From contig NW_025964334.1 of assembly GCF_023055435.1 (NCBI RefSeq), positions 57,846,001-57,910,000 on the forward strand: 64,000 nt of DNA, given 5' to 3'. Numbering within the stretch: position 1 is the stretch's first letter; every line of letters starts with the position of its first letter. Source of the DNA: Haliotis rufescens. Its lineage: Eukaryota. A program made the position numbers and the translations under genes. Shown here in pieces: positions 63,715-64,000 of the stretch. The notes under the pieces were generated by a model. The model was not told where the DNA came from. It was given only the letters and a program-made list of their open reading frames with translations, and searched no databases.

Positions 63715-64000
63715 ATGATGATTGCTAGGACATGAAAGTTGAGCCCATGATACAATAATTATCATATCTAAGAAATTGCACATAGAATCTTTAAGAAATT
63801 AACCAAAGACTGAGCAAAGTAAAAAGCCATGTGACTGAAATGTTAGAGCATAAGGTCAGTCTGGACTTGGTTGCCATGGCAATGTGCCATGAAACATTTT
63901 TCATTAACAGAATCATCCAGAAAGGGGGAATTCTGGAATGACAGAGGTTCTTTGTATAAAATATTTTTTGACATCACACAGTAAAATGTCTTCTCTGAGT

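Overview
Eukaryotic, AT-rich, intron-containing animal DNA, probably a mollusc and most likely an abalone-like gastropod. That assignment is inferred from the SINE and Helentron repertoire, not demonstrated. Three ubiquitin-ligase genes lie in tandem on the minus strand: SKP1 (4 coding exons, 162 aa), an intronless ANKRD9-like ankyrin/SOCS-box gene (260 aa) and a SIAH/sina RING E3 ligase (6 coding exons, 275 aa). A possible last coding exon of a fourth minus-strand gene sits at about 63.5 kb. The rest is dense with repeats: at least five SINE-like families (many with TSDs), MITEs of hAT, Tc1/mariner and MULE type, a Helentron-type element with a 170-bp core, and decayed Tc1, L1/Tx1 and possible DIRS-like elements. 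The most unusual observations are three. (1) Six minisatellites of 0.7-0.95 kb, three clearly amplified from functional motifs: the SIAH exon end plus 5' splice donor (also an AP-1 site), the Tc1 transposase catalytic-E motif, and a SINE A-box. (2) An abundant retroposon with a fixed 5' end, no Pol III boxes and a pseudoknot-forming head, which is a candidate ribozyme or structured RNA. (3) The ANKRD9-like gene has an immediate-early-like design (intronless, CRE + MEF2/TATA promoter, AU-rich 3' UTR). All coordinates were read by eye. Exon boundaries were checked for GT/AG and phase; repeat boundaries and copy numbers are approximate.
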